From Pyrinomonadaceae bacterium (GTDB lineage Bacteria; Acidobacteriota; Blastocatellia; Pyrinomonadales; Pyrinomonadaceae): a DNA stretch of 64,000 bases. Location: NCBI GenBank assembly GCA_046313635.1, contig JBKBYA010000005.1, positions 93,483-157,482 on the forward strand, in the 5' to 3' direction. The position numbers and the translations under genes are program-made. Below the pieces are notes generated by a model. That model searched no databases. It had not been told where the DNA came from and saw nothing but the letters and a program-made list of their open reading frames with translations. Below are positions 9,862 through 19,664 of this stretch, in pieces (positions within the stretch are counted from its first letter, which is position 1; each line of letters opens with the position of its first letter).

Positions 9862-11331
9862 ATGAAATCAAAAGTACGTGTCGCCAGCGGGCAGGGTTTC
9901 TGGGGTGATCTCTTGACGGCTCCGGTCGATCAGGTCCGCGGCGGGCCGATCGATTATCTGATGCTCGATTATCTTGCCGAGGTCACGATGTCGATCCTGC
10001 AAAAGCAGCGCTCGCGCGACCCGCAGGCGGGATACGCCAAGGATTTTGTCTCGCTGATGCGCGAGATCATTCCCGATTGCGTCGAAAAAGATATCAAGGT
10101 GATGTCGAATGCCGGCGGAGTGAATGTCACCGGCTGCGCCGAGGCGGTGCGCGACACGGCACGCGAGCTCGGCTACGCGGGCAAGCTCAAGATCGGCGTC
10201 GTCACGGGCGACGACATTCTCGGTCGCCTTGACGAATTTGCCGAGCGCGGGCACGAGATCACAAACATGGAAACGGGCGAGCCGCTCGCCGCCGTCCACG
10301 ACCGCGTGCAGTCGGCAAACGTGTATCTCGGCGCCGCGCCGCTCGTCGAGGCCCTCGGCAAGGGCGCACAGATCGTCGTCGGCGGACGTCTGACCGACAC
10401 CGGTCTCACGCTTGCACCGCTGATGCACGAGTTCGGCTGGAGGTTCGACGATTGGGACCGCATCGCCGCAGGCACGATCGCCGGCCACATCATCGAATGC
10501 GGGGCGCAGTGCTCGGGCGGCAACTGCCAGTACGATTGGCAAAACATTCCGGACCTCGCGAATGTCGGCTTTCCGATCGTCGAGGCCGAGCCGTCGGGCG
10601 AATTCGTCGTCACCAAACACGCGGGCACCGGCGGCCGCATCAACGTGCCTTCGATAAAGGAGCAGCTTCTCTACGAGATGGGCGACCCCAAAGCCTACAT
10701 CACTCCGGACGTCGTCGCCGATTTCTCGAGCATTCGACTCGAAGACGCCGGCCCTGACCGCGTACGCGTTTTCGGCATCAGGGGCAATCCGAACACCGAA
10801 TTTTACAAGGTCTCGATCGCGTACTCGGCAGGCTGGAAGGCCGTTGGCACACTCGTCTACGCCTGGCCCGACGCGTACGCAAAGGCGCAAGCGGCCGACA
10901 AGATCCTGCGTGCCCGATTGGAGCGTCTCGGCCTGAGATTCGACACGGTCCTGACAGAGTTCGTCGGCATCAACGCAACTCACGGGCACCTGGCCGGTGG
11001 AACGCGGACGCCCTTGTCTGCAATGGCCGACGCATCGCCGGTCACGAATAGCGGTAATGATCGTCCCGCCGGAGGAACCGGCGGTGCGGACGAAGGCGTC
11101 CGCGTTCCGCCCGACATTCCCGAGGTCCAACTCCGCGTCGGCGTCCGCGGGCAGTCACGGGCCGACGTCGAACGCTTCACCAAAGAGATCGCGCCTTTGA
11201 TCCTGACAGGTCCGCCCGCGGTCACAGGCTTCGCCGGCGGCCGTCCGAAGGTGGAAGAGATCATGGCCTATTTCCCGGCTTTGATCCCGAAAGAATTAGT
11301 AAAAACAAATGTCGAGGTCATTGAGGCTTGA
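9862..11331 (+). CDS. Acyclic terpene utilization AtuA family protein (DUF1446), N-terminal/large part, with an in-frame palindromic insertion
   Basis: [53 protein letters not shown] motifs. Confidence 0.93.
   Translation: MKSKVRVASGQGFWGDLLTAPVDQVRGGPIDYLMLDYLAEVTMSILQKQRSRDPQAGYAKDFVSLMREIIPDCVEKDIKVMSNAGGVNVTGCAEAVRDTARELGYAGKLKIGVVTGDDILGRLDEFAERGHEITNMETGEPLAAVHDRVQSANVYLGAAPLVEALGKGAQIVVGGRLTDTGLTLAPLMHEFGWRFDDWDRIAAGTIAGHIIECGAQCSGGNCQYDWQNIPDLANVGFPIVEAEPSGEFVVTKHAGTGGRINVPSIKEQLLYEMGDPKAYITPDVVADFSSIRLEDAGPDRVRVFGIRGNPNTEFYKVSIAYSAGWKAVGTLVYAWPDAYAKAQAADKILRARLERLGLRFDTVLTEFVGINATHGHLAGGTRTPLSAMADASPVTNSGNDRPAGGTGGADEGVRVPPDIPEVQLRVGVRGQSRADVERFTKEIAPLILTGPPAVTGFAGGRPKVEEIMAYFPALIPKELVKTNVEVIEA
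10996..11111. repeat. In-frame REP-doublet-like inverted repeat inside the AtuA gene
   Basis: Arms GGTGGAACGCGGACGCCCTTGTCTGCA (10996-11022) and TGCGGACGAAGGCGTCCGCGTTCCGCC (11085-11111), 23/27 complementary; each arm is itself palindromic. Confidence 0.85.
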
Positions 11332-11467
11332 TCAAAAAGGAGGGCTTTGGAGAAGTTCGGTTTCAAGTCCCGAATGAGGCGCACCGCTAACTTTTAGCTG
11401 GCGTCAGGCGGGGCAAAGGAGTGAATCGACCCGAGGTTGAGAAAGACATTTGAGAAGCACATCTTTG

Positions 11468-12229
11468 TCAGCTGGTCCTCTCAAGAAACTTTGCAATTCC
11501 CTTCTTACAATCCTCAGTCATCCGAGCGCGGGCGTTCGTTTCGGCGCCGAGGTTGATGGCGTCGGCGATCGGCAGGGCATCAATGTCGTAGAGGAGGCGT
11601 TTGGTCATCTCGACCGCCGAGCGACTGGTCTTTTCGTAGACAGAAAGGTAGTCACGCAGCTCCGTTTCGAAATGTCTTTCGCTGAAGAGCCGGTTAACGA
11701 GCCCTATCTCCAAGGCGTCCTCGGCCGAGTATTCAAAGCCTTGGGTCAGCAATTCAAAACTAAGCTTCTCGCCTAGATTCCGCCGCAGGATCGCCGCGAC
11801 CATTGCGGGGACAAAGCCGATCTTTACCTCGGGATAACCGAACCTGGCCGACCGCGCCGCGACGACCAGATCGCACGCCGTCGCCAGCCCGCAGCCGCCC
11901 GCCAGAGCGCGACCGTGGACCGCCGCGATCACGGGCATACGTACGCGGCGGATCAATTCAAAAAGCTCGCCGAGACTTTTGGCGTCGTCGAGATTCTCCT
12001 CGTACGTCGCGGTCGCGATCTTTTGGATCGACGAGAGGTCGGCGCCGGAACAGAAATCTTTACCCGCGCCCCGGATCACGATCGCACGAAGCGTCTCGTC
12101 CGCGTCGGCCTCGCGCAGAGCTTGTTTCAACGCGGAAATAAGCGCGTCATTCAGGGCGTTGCGCTTTTCCGGTCGATTCAGAGTCAGCGTGCGGATCGAA
12201 CCGCTGTCGTTGATCAAGAGTTCAGTCAT
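11468..12229 (-). CDS. Enoyl-CoA hydratase/isomerase (methylglutaconyl-CoA hydratase-like)
   Basis: LTLNRPEKRNAL, FCSGADL, ALAGGCGL..ACD, FGYPEVKIGFVP. Confidence 0.92.
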   Translation of the reverse strand: MTELLINDSGSIRTLTLNRPEKRNALNDALISALKQALREADADETLRAIVIRGAGKDFCSGADLSSIQKIATATYEENLDDAKSLGELFELIRRVRMPVIAAVHGRALAGGCGLATACDLVVAARSARFGYPEVKIGFVPAMVAAILRRNLGEKLSFELLTQGFEYSAEDALEIGLVNRLFSERHFETELRDYLSVYEKTSRSAVEMTKRLLYDIDALPIADAINLGAETNARARMTEDCKKGIAKFLERTS

Positions 12230-12584
12230 TTTTTCTCGCAGTCGAAAATATTTTGCTGATAAGCTTTGCGATCTCCAGGCGGTCGCTCTCGATCGACGCA
12301 GATTCCGCCTCGCTGAGCAACCCTGCGTGCAGCAGCAATTGCAGCCAGTATTCGGTCTCCGAAGCCTTTCGCCAAGCCGCGCCAAACTCGTTGACAAACA
12401 CCTGCCGCGATTCTGCCGACACGGCCTCCTTCACGTGCTTCCCGATATGCGTGCCGGCGATGAGCAGCTCCTTGCTCAAGACATACTCGTGCTTTTCGTC
12501 CACAAGATACCGGTAAAGCTTCGAAATGCGCACCGCAAAATCGAAGGACTTATCGAGGACAACGTTGCTTCGGGGGTTGGTCAT
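12222..12584 (-). CDS. Four helix bundle protein (23S rRNA IVP / Avd-like family)
   Basis: DKSFDFAVRI.KLY.YL..EK.EYVLSK.LL..GT.IG..V.EA..AES...F......A.K.ASETEYWL.LL pattern. Confidence 0.9.
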   Translation of the reverse strand: MTNPRSNVVLDKSFDFAVRISKLYRYLVDEKHEYVLSKELLIAGTHIGKHVKEAVSAESRQVFVNEFGAAWRKASETEYWLQLLLHAGLLSEAESASIESDRLEIAKLISKIFSTARKND

Positions 12585-12597
12585 ATTCTTCGATCTT

Positions 12598-12716
12598 CAA
12601 TTAGTAATTACCTAATTAGTAATTATTAATTCGTCTTCGAGAGCTTTTCGCTGTCGGGATTTGCCATATTCTCCGATGTCTAATTAGTAATTGTTCAATT
12701 ACTAATTATTAATTGG
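12598..12716. repeat. Two AT-rich TAATTAG-type heptamer arrays upstream of the four helix bundle gene
   Basis: caattag-taattac-c-taattag-taattat-taattcg (12598-12633) and taattag-taattgt-t-caattac-taattat-taattgg (12681-12716); perfect 13-bp hairpin at 12681-12708. Confidence 0.85.
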
Positions 12717-12719
12717 TTT

Positions 12720-14954
12720 TCAGTACATCTTCGCGGCCTTGTCGATCTCGGCGGCGTAGCGCTCGAGTGTCGCGGCGGCGATCGCGATCTGCTGCTGTGC
12801 CTCGGTCCAATTTCGCTGTTCGATGGCTTCGCGGATGCCGGGCAGGGTCTTTACGCCGTAGCCGGTGTAGAAACCGGGCGCGTAGATCTGATGCCGGAAC
12901 CAGTCGCGTCGCGGAAGGCCGGCGTCGGTGGTAAGGGCGCGTTCGGCTTTGTACAAGATCACGTCGAGCTGAGCTCCCGTGGATGGCTTTGATCGAGAAG
13001 CGGTCTGATAGGCCTTAACGCTTTCGCTCAGTTTCGCGAGCGCGTTCTGCAGCGGAGCGAAATTGAGGTACGGCACATCGCTCAGCGGCTTGGGTAAGAC
13101 GAATGTCCGCGTCGGGTCTTCGCTCGCCTTGATCATCCCGTTGGCGAGCAGTCGATTGGTCATACGCGTCTCGTCGCGCATCGAGTCGGCGAGACGCATC
13201 ACCTCGTTCGCGTATCCGCTGACCGTGTCGTAAAAGCTCGAAAACTCGAATGGCAGCCTGTCGGCGTTTGCCATCCGCAGCGTCGCGCGGCCGCCGACCT
13301 TGGCGAGCGCGACGCCGTATGCGAAGTTCGGGTCACCGAACCGCGTGTAGTGATCAAAGGAATCGTAGATCGAATGATACGATCCGCCGCCGTCCTCGCC
13401 GCCGAAGCCGATATTGAGCGACGCGATCCCGAGATGCTGCAGAAACGGCGTGTAGTCCGACCCCGAACCGAGAGCCCCGATGCGAAGGTCGGAGCGACCG
13501 AGGATCTCATTTCTCATCGCGGGCGGAGCGTTGACGACGGCCGCGGCCTGCGCCCGCTCCCAGACGGTGAGTTTGGTCTGCGGGTCGTCGACCGAACGTG
13601 CGACATCGTTGATGAATTTCTCGAGCGAATGCGAGCCCGCCATGCCGAGAAAGCCGCGGCCGTTGCTGTCGGAATTGATGTAAACGGCCGCCTTGTCGCT
13701 GAGCTCGGCGGCGTGCGCCTCGACCCATTCGGTCGAGCCGAGCAGTCCCTGCTCTTCGCCGTCCCACGCGGCGTAGACTATCGTGCGTTTGGGCTTCCAG
13801 CCGGTCTTTGCAAGCTCCGAGATCGAACGAGCTTCTTCCATCATCGCGACGAGACCGCTGATCGGATCGTCGGCGCCGTTTACCCAGGCGTCGCGATGAT
13901 TGCCGCGGATGATCCATTCGTCGGGCCGCTCGGCTCCGCGCATTTTAGCGATGACGTTGCGGACGGGCGTCATATTCCAATTGAACTCGAGCTTGATCCG
14001 CACGGTCGGCGTCTGCCCGCCGAAGTGGTACGTGATCGGCAGCGCGCCGCGCCATGCGGGCGGCACGACATCGCCGTTCAAATTCTTGAGCAGCGGCAGC
14101 GCGTCGCCGTACGAGATCGGCAGCACCGGGATCTTGGTCAGCGTCTCGGCGTCCTTCTTCGCGATGCGTTTTGCGTCGGCGGTCGCGCCGACGTTCTTGG
14201 TCAAAGGGTCGCCCGGGTGGACGGGCATATCCATCACCGAGCCGCGCTGCGCGCCGGTCTCGTTGCGCCAAGCGCCTTTTGGATAGACGTCGCCCTGAAA
14301 GTACCCGTCGTCGCGCGGGTCAGAGTAGATCAGGCAGCCAATCGCGCCGTGCTCGGCCGCGACCTTTGGCTTGATGCCGCGCCACGATCCGCCGTAACGG
14401 GCGATAACGATCTTGCCCTTGACGTCGATGCCGCGTCGCTCGAGCTCTTCGTAATCGGCGGGGACGCCGTAATTGACGTAAACGAGCGGGCCTGTCACGT
14501 CGCCGTCGATCGAATAGGCGTTATACGTCGGCAGCTGCTCGGACTGCTGGGCGGATGTCGAGTCCTCCTTGAGCGGCGCCTCCGCGAGCTTGAGTGTGAA
14601 TCGCTCGGGCGCCGTCATCTCGACGAGCCGCGACTTGGGCGTCGGGAACAAAACAGTGAATTCTTCGATCGCCGTGTCGTAGCCCCACGAGCGGAAGAGC
14701 GACGCGATGAAATCGGCGTTTTCCCTGTTGTACGGCGAGCCGATGTGATGCGGCCGCGCCGAGAGGCGCTTCATCCAGTCGCGAAGGTTGTCGGCCCTCA
14801 GATACGAATCGAATCTTGACTCGATCCCGCGCTGCGTGGCAGAGCTCTCATCTGAAAAACCCATGATCCGCGGCGGCGGCGGCGAGGCAGACTGCGAGAT
14901 GGCGAGAGGCGCAAAGAGAGAGAGGACGACGAGCAGGCTCAATATTCTCGACAT
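12720..14954 (-). CDS. M28 family peptidase, glutamate carboxypeptidase II type (PA domain + TFR dimerisation domain)
   Basis: Signal peptide; YVNYG, GNHRDAW..GADDP.SG, WDGEE.GLLGSTEW, GSGSDY, YHS.YD, GLPRRDWFRH. Confidence 0.95.
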   Translation of the reverse strand: MSRILSLLVVLSLFAPLAISQSASPPPPRIMGFSDESSATQRGIESRFDSYLRADNLRDWMKRLSARPHHIGSPYNRENADFIASLFRSWGYDTAIEEFTVLFPTPKSRLVEMTAPERFTLKLAEAPLKEDSTSAQQSEQLPTYNAYSIDGDVTGPLVYVNYGVPADYEELERRGIDVKGKIVIARYGGSWRGIKPKVAAEHGAIGCLIYSDPRDDGYFQGDVYPKGAWRNETGAQRGSVMDMPVHPGDPLTKNVGATADAKRIAKKDAETLTKIPVLPISYGDALPLLKNLNGDVVPPAWRGALPITYHFGGQTPTVRIKLEFNWNMTPVRNVIAKMRGAERPDEWIIRGNHRDAWVNGADDPISGLVAMMEEARSISELAKTGWKPKRTIVYAAWDGEEQGLLGSTEWVEAHAAELSDKAAVYINSDSNGRGFLGMAGSHSLEKFINDVARSVDDPQTKLTVWERAQAAAVVNAPPAMRNEILGRSDLRIGALGSGSDYTPFLQHLGIASLNIGFGGEDGGGSYHSIYDSFDHYTRFGDPNFAYGVALAKVGGRATLRMANADRLPFEFSSFYDTVSGYANEVMRLADSMRDETRMTNRLLANGMIKASEDPTRTFVLPKPLSDVPYLNFAPLQNALAKLSESVKAYQTASRSKPSTGAQLDVILYKAERALTTDAGLPRRDWFRHQIYAPGFYTGYGVKTLPGIREAIEQRNWTEAQQQIAIAAATLERYAAEIDKAAKMY

Positions 14955-15016
14955 AAGTTGTTTTGGTTAGGCCGTCGCGCGGCCGCGAGCAAATGATCGG
15001 CGGTCAAACACGAAGC

Positions 15017-15886
15017 CTACTGCGCGAGAAATTCGCGCAGCATCTGCGTGACTGTTTCGGGTGCCTCCTGCTGCACCCAATGTCCGCTGTCCGGGATAAA
15101 GAACTCTTCAAATGGAGCGTCGACGACATCGCCGATGCCTCGGACGGTCTCGCGCAGGATCGCCATATCGTGCTCGCCGTAAACGAAGAGCGTCGGCACC
15201 GCGATCCGCTTCGGTCCGTCGGCCGCGCGGGTGAATCGCCTAAGGACATTCGCGCGATAGTAATTGATCATCGACGTCAAAGCGCCTTCCTCGCGCCAGC
15301 CGCGGGCGTAGACCTCGATATCGGCGTCCGAAAAGACGCCCTTGCGGAATGTAGAGCGTTTGAGGCTCTCTTTAAGCGCGGCAAAGTCGTCACGCGACAA
15401 AAGGTACTCAGGGAGCCACGGCAGCTGAAAGAAGAACATATACCAGCTCGCCGCCAGCTGCCGGAACGTAAGGTTGCGACGCCAGACCGAGGCGGGCGGC
15501 ACCTGCAGCGCCGCGAGCTTGCCGACGTAGTTGGGGTATCGTTCGGCGAGAGACCAGGCTACGGCGGCTCCCCAGTCGTGACCGACGATCGCGGCCTGCT
15601 CGCGGCCGAAGTGATGTATCAGCCCGATCACGTCGTCGACGAGCTTTGACATCCTGTATTCGCCGACGCCGCGGGGCTTGTCGCTCAGGTTGTAGCCGCG
15701 CATATCGGGAGCCACGACCGTGTAGTCGTCGGCGAGCGCCGCGAGCTGGTGACGCCACGAGTACCAGCACTCCGGAAATCCGTGCAGCAGGATGACGAGC
15801 CGCCGGCCCTCGCCGGCACGCGCGTAGTGCAGGCGCACGCCGCCGATCTGCGCAAAGTCCAGCGAGATCCGCGGGTCGATATTCAT
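15017..15886 (-). CDS. Alpha/beta hydrolase, epoxide hydrolase-like
   Basis: HGFPE, PDMRGYN.SDKP, GHDWGA nucleophile elbow, SGHWVQQE. Confidence 0.92.
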   Translation of the reverse strand: MNIDPRISLDFAQIGGVRLHYARAGEGRRLVILLHGFPECWYSWRHQLAALADDYTVVAPDMRGYNLSDKPRGVGEYRMSKLVDDVIGLIHHFGREQAAIVGHDWGAAVAWSLAERYPNYVGKLAALQVPPASVWRRNLTFRQLAASWYMFFFQLPWLPEYLLSRDDFAALKESLKRSTFRKGVFSDADIEVYARGWREEGALTSMINYYRANVLRRFTRAADGPKRIAVPTLFVYGEHDMAILRETVRGIGDVVDAPFEEFFIPDSGHWVQQEAPETVTQMLREFLAQ

Positions 15887-16230
15887 ATTCGCAGCCCGAG
15901 CCGCTCGGCCTCGTCGTCGGCGACGTCGATATACATCCTCAGCAGCGCCGTGGAAAATGTCTTTCCCTGCGCGTCGGTCATCAGACTGAGCGTGCCGCCG
16001 CCGCCGAGCGAGTTGTGAAGCAGGAAATTCAAGGCGCCGAGATTTGGCAGCTCAAATCTCTCGACGTCGCCTTTGACCATCTCGCCAAAGTGGGCCTTTA
16101 CTCTCTCGGCCGTGACCTCGCGGATGAGCAGCGGATAAAACTCGTCCTTGAGCGCTATGAGACCGACATTCGCGGTGTCGCCCTTATCGCCCGAGCGGGC
16201 GTGAGCGAGCTTGAGCAGAGATACTTTCAT
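15883..16230 (-). CDS. AtuA-related small protein (AtuA C-terminal domain)
   Basis: AHARSGDKGD.ANVG, VERFELPNL.ALNF, LGGGG..SL..DAQGK motifs. Confidence 0.9.
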   Translation of the reverse strand: MKVSLLKLAHARSGDKGDTANVGLIALKDEFYPLLIREVTAERVKAHFGEMVKGDVERFELPNLGALNFLLHNSLGGGGTLSLMTDAQGKTFSTALLRMYIDVADDEAERLGLRI

Positions 16231-16775
16231 TTCGAGTACAAGTATAAATAATGGAACGCCGCGACGACCAGCGAATGATCTATCACACCCGCGCGAATAA
16301 GCCCGTCGATCTCGTGCAGCGGCACAAGGCGCGTCGCGATGCTCTCGTGCTCGTCAAAAGCGGTCTTGGCCGTACGCGTGCATCCGGTCGCCAGGTAATG
16401 ATAGATCGTGTTGCTCTGGATCGCGGGATTTGGCCGCGAGGTGCCGAGGAGTTTGATATCGCGAGCCGAGAAGCCGGTCTCTTCTATCAGCTCGCGGGCG
16501 GCGGCGTCGCTCGGGTCTTCGCCCTCGTCGACCAGCCCGCCCGGTATCTCGATAATGGTGCGCTGGATGCCGTGGCGAAACTGCTCGATCATCACCACCT
16601 GATCGTCACCGGTGATCGCGATGACGTTTACCCAATCCGGACTGTCGATGACAAAAAAGCTCGCCTCCGTTTCGTCGCCCTCTCGCCGGCAGACGTTCTC
16701 GTTGACGTCGAATACGCGGCACCGAGCGGCCGTGCTCGTGCCGATCCTTTTCCATTCTCTCGGCCTTTCGTCCAT
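16227..16775 (-). CDS. NUDIX hydrolase (ADP-ribose pyrophosphatase-like)
   Basis: Nudix box GGLVDEGEDPSDAAARELIEETG; QFRH; start placed at MDERPREW. Confidence 0.92.
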   Translation of the reverse strand: MDERPREWKRIGTSTAARCRVFDVNENVCRREGDETEASFFVIDSPDWVNVIAITGDDQVVMIEQFRHGIQRTIIEIPGGLVDEGEDPSDAAARELIEETGFSARDIKLLGTSRPNPAIQSNTIYHYLATGCTRTAKTAFDEHESIATRLVPLHEIDGLIRAGVIDHSLVVAAFHYLYLYSK

Positions 16776-16838
16776 ACAGTTCTTCAATTCGCCTGTCGTC
16801 GTGTGCTCAAATAGTAAGTCAGGAAGGTGCAAAATTCT

Positions 16839-17786
16839 ATGCGATGCGATCTCTCTAAAACGGCGTTTGCGGTCGCCGTGATCACTCTCGCCTGCGTCAC
16901 CGCACGGCCGCAGACGATCACCGCGGACGAGATCGTGTCGCGCGCCGCAGATCAGGTCCCGGTGTACCTCGACAAATTCCGCAACCTGATGTCGCGAGAG
17001 ACCAAGACGATCGAGAGCTTTGCAAAGAACGGCGAGCTCAAACGCCGACGCCGGGTCGAGTCGACCTTCCTGATCTACCAGTCGACGAGGGACGAGGGCC
17101 TCTTTGCCGAGTATCGAAACGTCGTCGCGGTCGACGGCAAGCCGCTGGAAGGCGCCGATAAGCGCGCAGCGGATCTTTTTGACCGCGTGCGAAAGGCCGA
17201 GACGTCGGCCGCCGAGCTGCGGCGGCTCGAGGACGAAGGCTCGCGATTCGACGGCGATCTCTCGGTCACCGGAATGACGTTCTTTCAGGGCGTCGCGCTG
17301 TTTGGGCACATCAGGCCGAGCATGGAATTCAGGCTAAAGGGCACGGCAGCGATCGACGGCAGCCAGACGTTCGTCGTCGATTACCTGCAGACCGCTCCGT
17401 CGCCTTATGTCACGACAGATCCGCGCCGTCTGCCTCGAGACGGCAAGACGCCGGTCATCTACGACCTCGATCACGACGGGCTGATCGACGGACGGCTGCG
17501 TGGCACGCTGTGGATCGACGCCGCGACATTCCAGATAAGGCGAGAGCTGCGCGAATTTGCGGTGCAAACGCCCGGAGCCTCGGCACCGGTGACGGCCGCG
17601 CGTGACAGTTTCGAGTACGTCGCGAGCGAGTTTGGGATATTGACCCCGCGAAAGATCGTCGTCACGACATTTCGCATCGACGCCAAAAAGGGAGCCTCGC
17701 GCGAGGACGAACGGATAACGATGGAGTACGAACGCTTTACAAGGCCCGATGTCGAGGTGAGATCGTCCGACGTGAGATCGCCGTGA
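16839..17786 (+). CDS. Secreted hypothetical protein (beta-rich)
   Basis: Signal peptide; GTLWIDAATFQIRR motif; fills the gap between opposite-strand genes. Confidence 0.7.
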   Translation: MRCDLSKTAFAVAVITLACVTARPQTITADEIVSRAADQVPVYLDKFRNLMSRETKTIESFAKNGELKRRRRVESTFLIYQSTRDEGLFAEYRNVVAVDGKPLEGADKRAADLFDRVRKAETSAAELRRLEDEGSRFDGDLSVTGMTFFQGVALFGHIRPSMEFRLKGTAAIDGSQTFVVDYLQTAPSPYVTTDPRRLPRDGKTPVIYDLDHDGLIDGRLRGTLWIDAATFQIRRELREFAVQTPGASAPVTAARDSFEYVASEFGILTPRKIVVTTFRIDAKKGASREDERITMEYERFTRPDVEVRSSDVRSP

Positions 17787-17792
17787 TCACGG

Positions 17793-19664
17793 CTATCTCT
17801 GCAGCATCGCCGCGGCCTGCCGGCGCATCTCGGCCATCGACGGCCCCGACGCGTCGGAGGTTGTCGACAGGAACTCCTGAAACGCGGCGCGAGCGTCTTC
17901 TATGCGTCCCATCTCCGCGTAGAGCATCCCCAATCGCAGAAAGACCTGTTTCGATGCCGGAATGAGCTCGACGCGTGCCGCGTCGCGAGCGGCTTCGAGC
18001 TCGGCGAGCGCTTCCTGTTTTTTTCCTTGCGAGTAGAGAATGACGGCGAGCTTCTCGGTCAGAGCCGCGCGGTAGATCGGCAGACGAACCCTCGCCGATC
18101 GAAGCGAGGCTGCCGCCTCGTCCGAACGGCCGAGCGTGCTCGACGCGATCGCCTCGGCCTCGTACGCTTGAAACAGCGAATACAGATTCAAATCTCTCGA
18201 GTCCGCGTCGATGACCGACCGTGCGGCGTCGATCGCCTCCTGAGGGCGGCCGAGAGCAAGCAGCGCCCGAGCTCGGCCAACGGCGGCGGTAGCCGAGGGC
18301 CGGATCTGGATCGAACGTTCAAAGGCCGCGAGAGAAGCCTGCGCTCGCGGCTCGGCCGCACCGAGCTGCAGCCATGCGTGCGACGACCGCGGATCGATCG
18401 TGACGGCGTAGCTCCACAGCGCGAGATCGTTATGCCAGACACGGTTCATTCGCCACGTTTGAACGACCATTAACGCCCCGGCAGTAACAAGCAGCACCGA
18501 GACCGCTCTCGCCACCTCGGGCCCGCGCGACCGGGCCCACGCAAAGAGCCGCGGCACGACGACGGCCAGAAAACCGGCGAGCGGCAAGTAGAGATAACGG
18601 TCGTGTGCCAGATGTTCGGTGCTGAAGCTCGTCACATTCATCGCGGGCAAAAGCGTCAACGCGAAGAAGACGAGCGCCGGCGTGCCGCCAACTGAACCTC
18701 GAGCGAGTCGCACCAGCAGCACGACCGCGGCGGCCGATACGATCAACGGAAGAATGAAATTTTCGATCCCGATCGAGTCGACCGGCCGGACCGGCAGCGA
18801 CGGCCCGAGCCAGAGCGGAAAGAGCATCTGCCGCAGATAAAGAGAGAGTATCGCCGGTATCGACAACAGCGCCGGAACCGCCGCCGGCTGATCATCGACG
18901 GGCAAGACCATTGCACCGAGAGCTCGATAGCGGACGATCAGGAAAGCGATCGCGACGAAAACGAAAGGCAGCGTCCCCACAAACGCCCGGCGGATGCGGC
19001 CGGAGCCTGCGCCGACGCTGCCGGGCCGGTAAAAGATCAGGAAAAACAACGGCAGCGAAAACAGCGCGACTTCCTTTGAGCCGACGGCGAGAGCGAACGA
19101 CGCGGCCGAAAGGACGAGCATGATGGACCGCCGCCGATCACCGCTCGTGCCCGCCGCTGCCTCGGCATAACGACAAGCAAAGATCAGCGAGGCGAGCAGA
19201 AAGAGTCCCAACAGCAGGTCGGTGCTGCCCGAGATCCACGCGACATTCTCGACGTGTACGGGATGCACCGCGAATATCGCCCCGATGGCCGCCGCCGCCC
19301 ATTTGTCGAAGCCCATCCGCAGCAGGAGCGCGAACAGCAGTATGCAAACCGCGGCGTGCAGCAGCACGTTGCTTAAATGCCAGCCGAACGGCGACGCCCC
19401 GAAGAGGCGCCAGTTAACGATCATCCACGCCGCAAACGTCGGCCGGTAATAGTTGCTCGCGGCGATCGCCTCGCCGCCCTTGAACGCCCAGACGTCCGAC
19501 GCCAACGCCTTGCCGTACAGCTCAGACCGCTGGATCAGAGGATTCATCAGTATCTGCCGGTTATCGTCGTAGACGAACTGATTGGAGAGCGAATTTGCGA
19601 AGGCCACAAATGCGACAAGGCCGATCACGGCCGCGAGGTATCGCTCGTTGAGAGACTTGATCAT
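17793..19664 (-). CDS. TMTC-like GT-C membrane glycosyltransferase with C-terminal TPRs
   Basis: FVYDD in first loop, YYRP, HPVHVENVAWISG, SKE, DRYLYLP, RNRVW-like motif; many TM segments then TPR-like helices. Confidence 0.8.
   Translation of the reverse strand: MIKSLNERYLAAVIGLVAFVAFANSLSNQFVYDDNRQILMNPLIQRSELYGKALASDVWAFKGGEAIAASNYYRPTFAAWMIVNWRLFGASPFGWHLSNVLLHAAVCILLFALLLRMGFDKWAAAAIGAIFAVHPVHVENVAWISGSTDLLLGLFLLASLIFACRYAEAAAGTSGDRRRSIMLVLSAASFALAVGSKEVALFSLPLFFLIFYRPGSVGAGSGRIRRAFVGTLPFVFVAIAFLIVRYRALGAMVLPVDDQPAAVPALLSIPAILSLYLRQMLFPLWLGPSLPVRPVDSIGIENFILPLIVSAAAVVLLVRLARGSVGGTPALVFFALTLLPAMNVTSFSTEHLAHDRYLYLPLAGFLAVVVPRLFAWARSRGPEVARAVSVLLVTAGALMVVQTWRMNRVWHNDLALWSYAVTIDPRSSHAWLQLGAAEPRAQASLAAFERSIQIRPSATAAVGRARALLALGRPQEAIDAARSVIDADSRDLNLYSLFQAYEAEAIASSTLGRSDEAAASLRSARVRLPIYRAALTEKLAVILYSQGKKQEALAELEAARDAARVELIPASKQVFLRLGMLYAEMGRIEDARAAFQEFLSTTSDASGPSMAEMRRQAAAMLQR

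Noticed and set aside
12222..12584. Four-helix-bundle genes as Avd of a diversity-generating retroelement or as an rRNA intervening sequence
   Set aside because: No reverse transcriptase, no TR/VR repeat pair and no rRNA sequence in the window.
16776..17309. N-terminal extension of the NUDIX ORF in the track, and similar extensions of lpxC, ppa, tgt, EVE and both crotonases
   Set aside because: They overlap neighbouring genes or intergenic DNA; downstream ATGs match the family N-termini.
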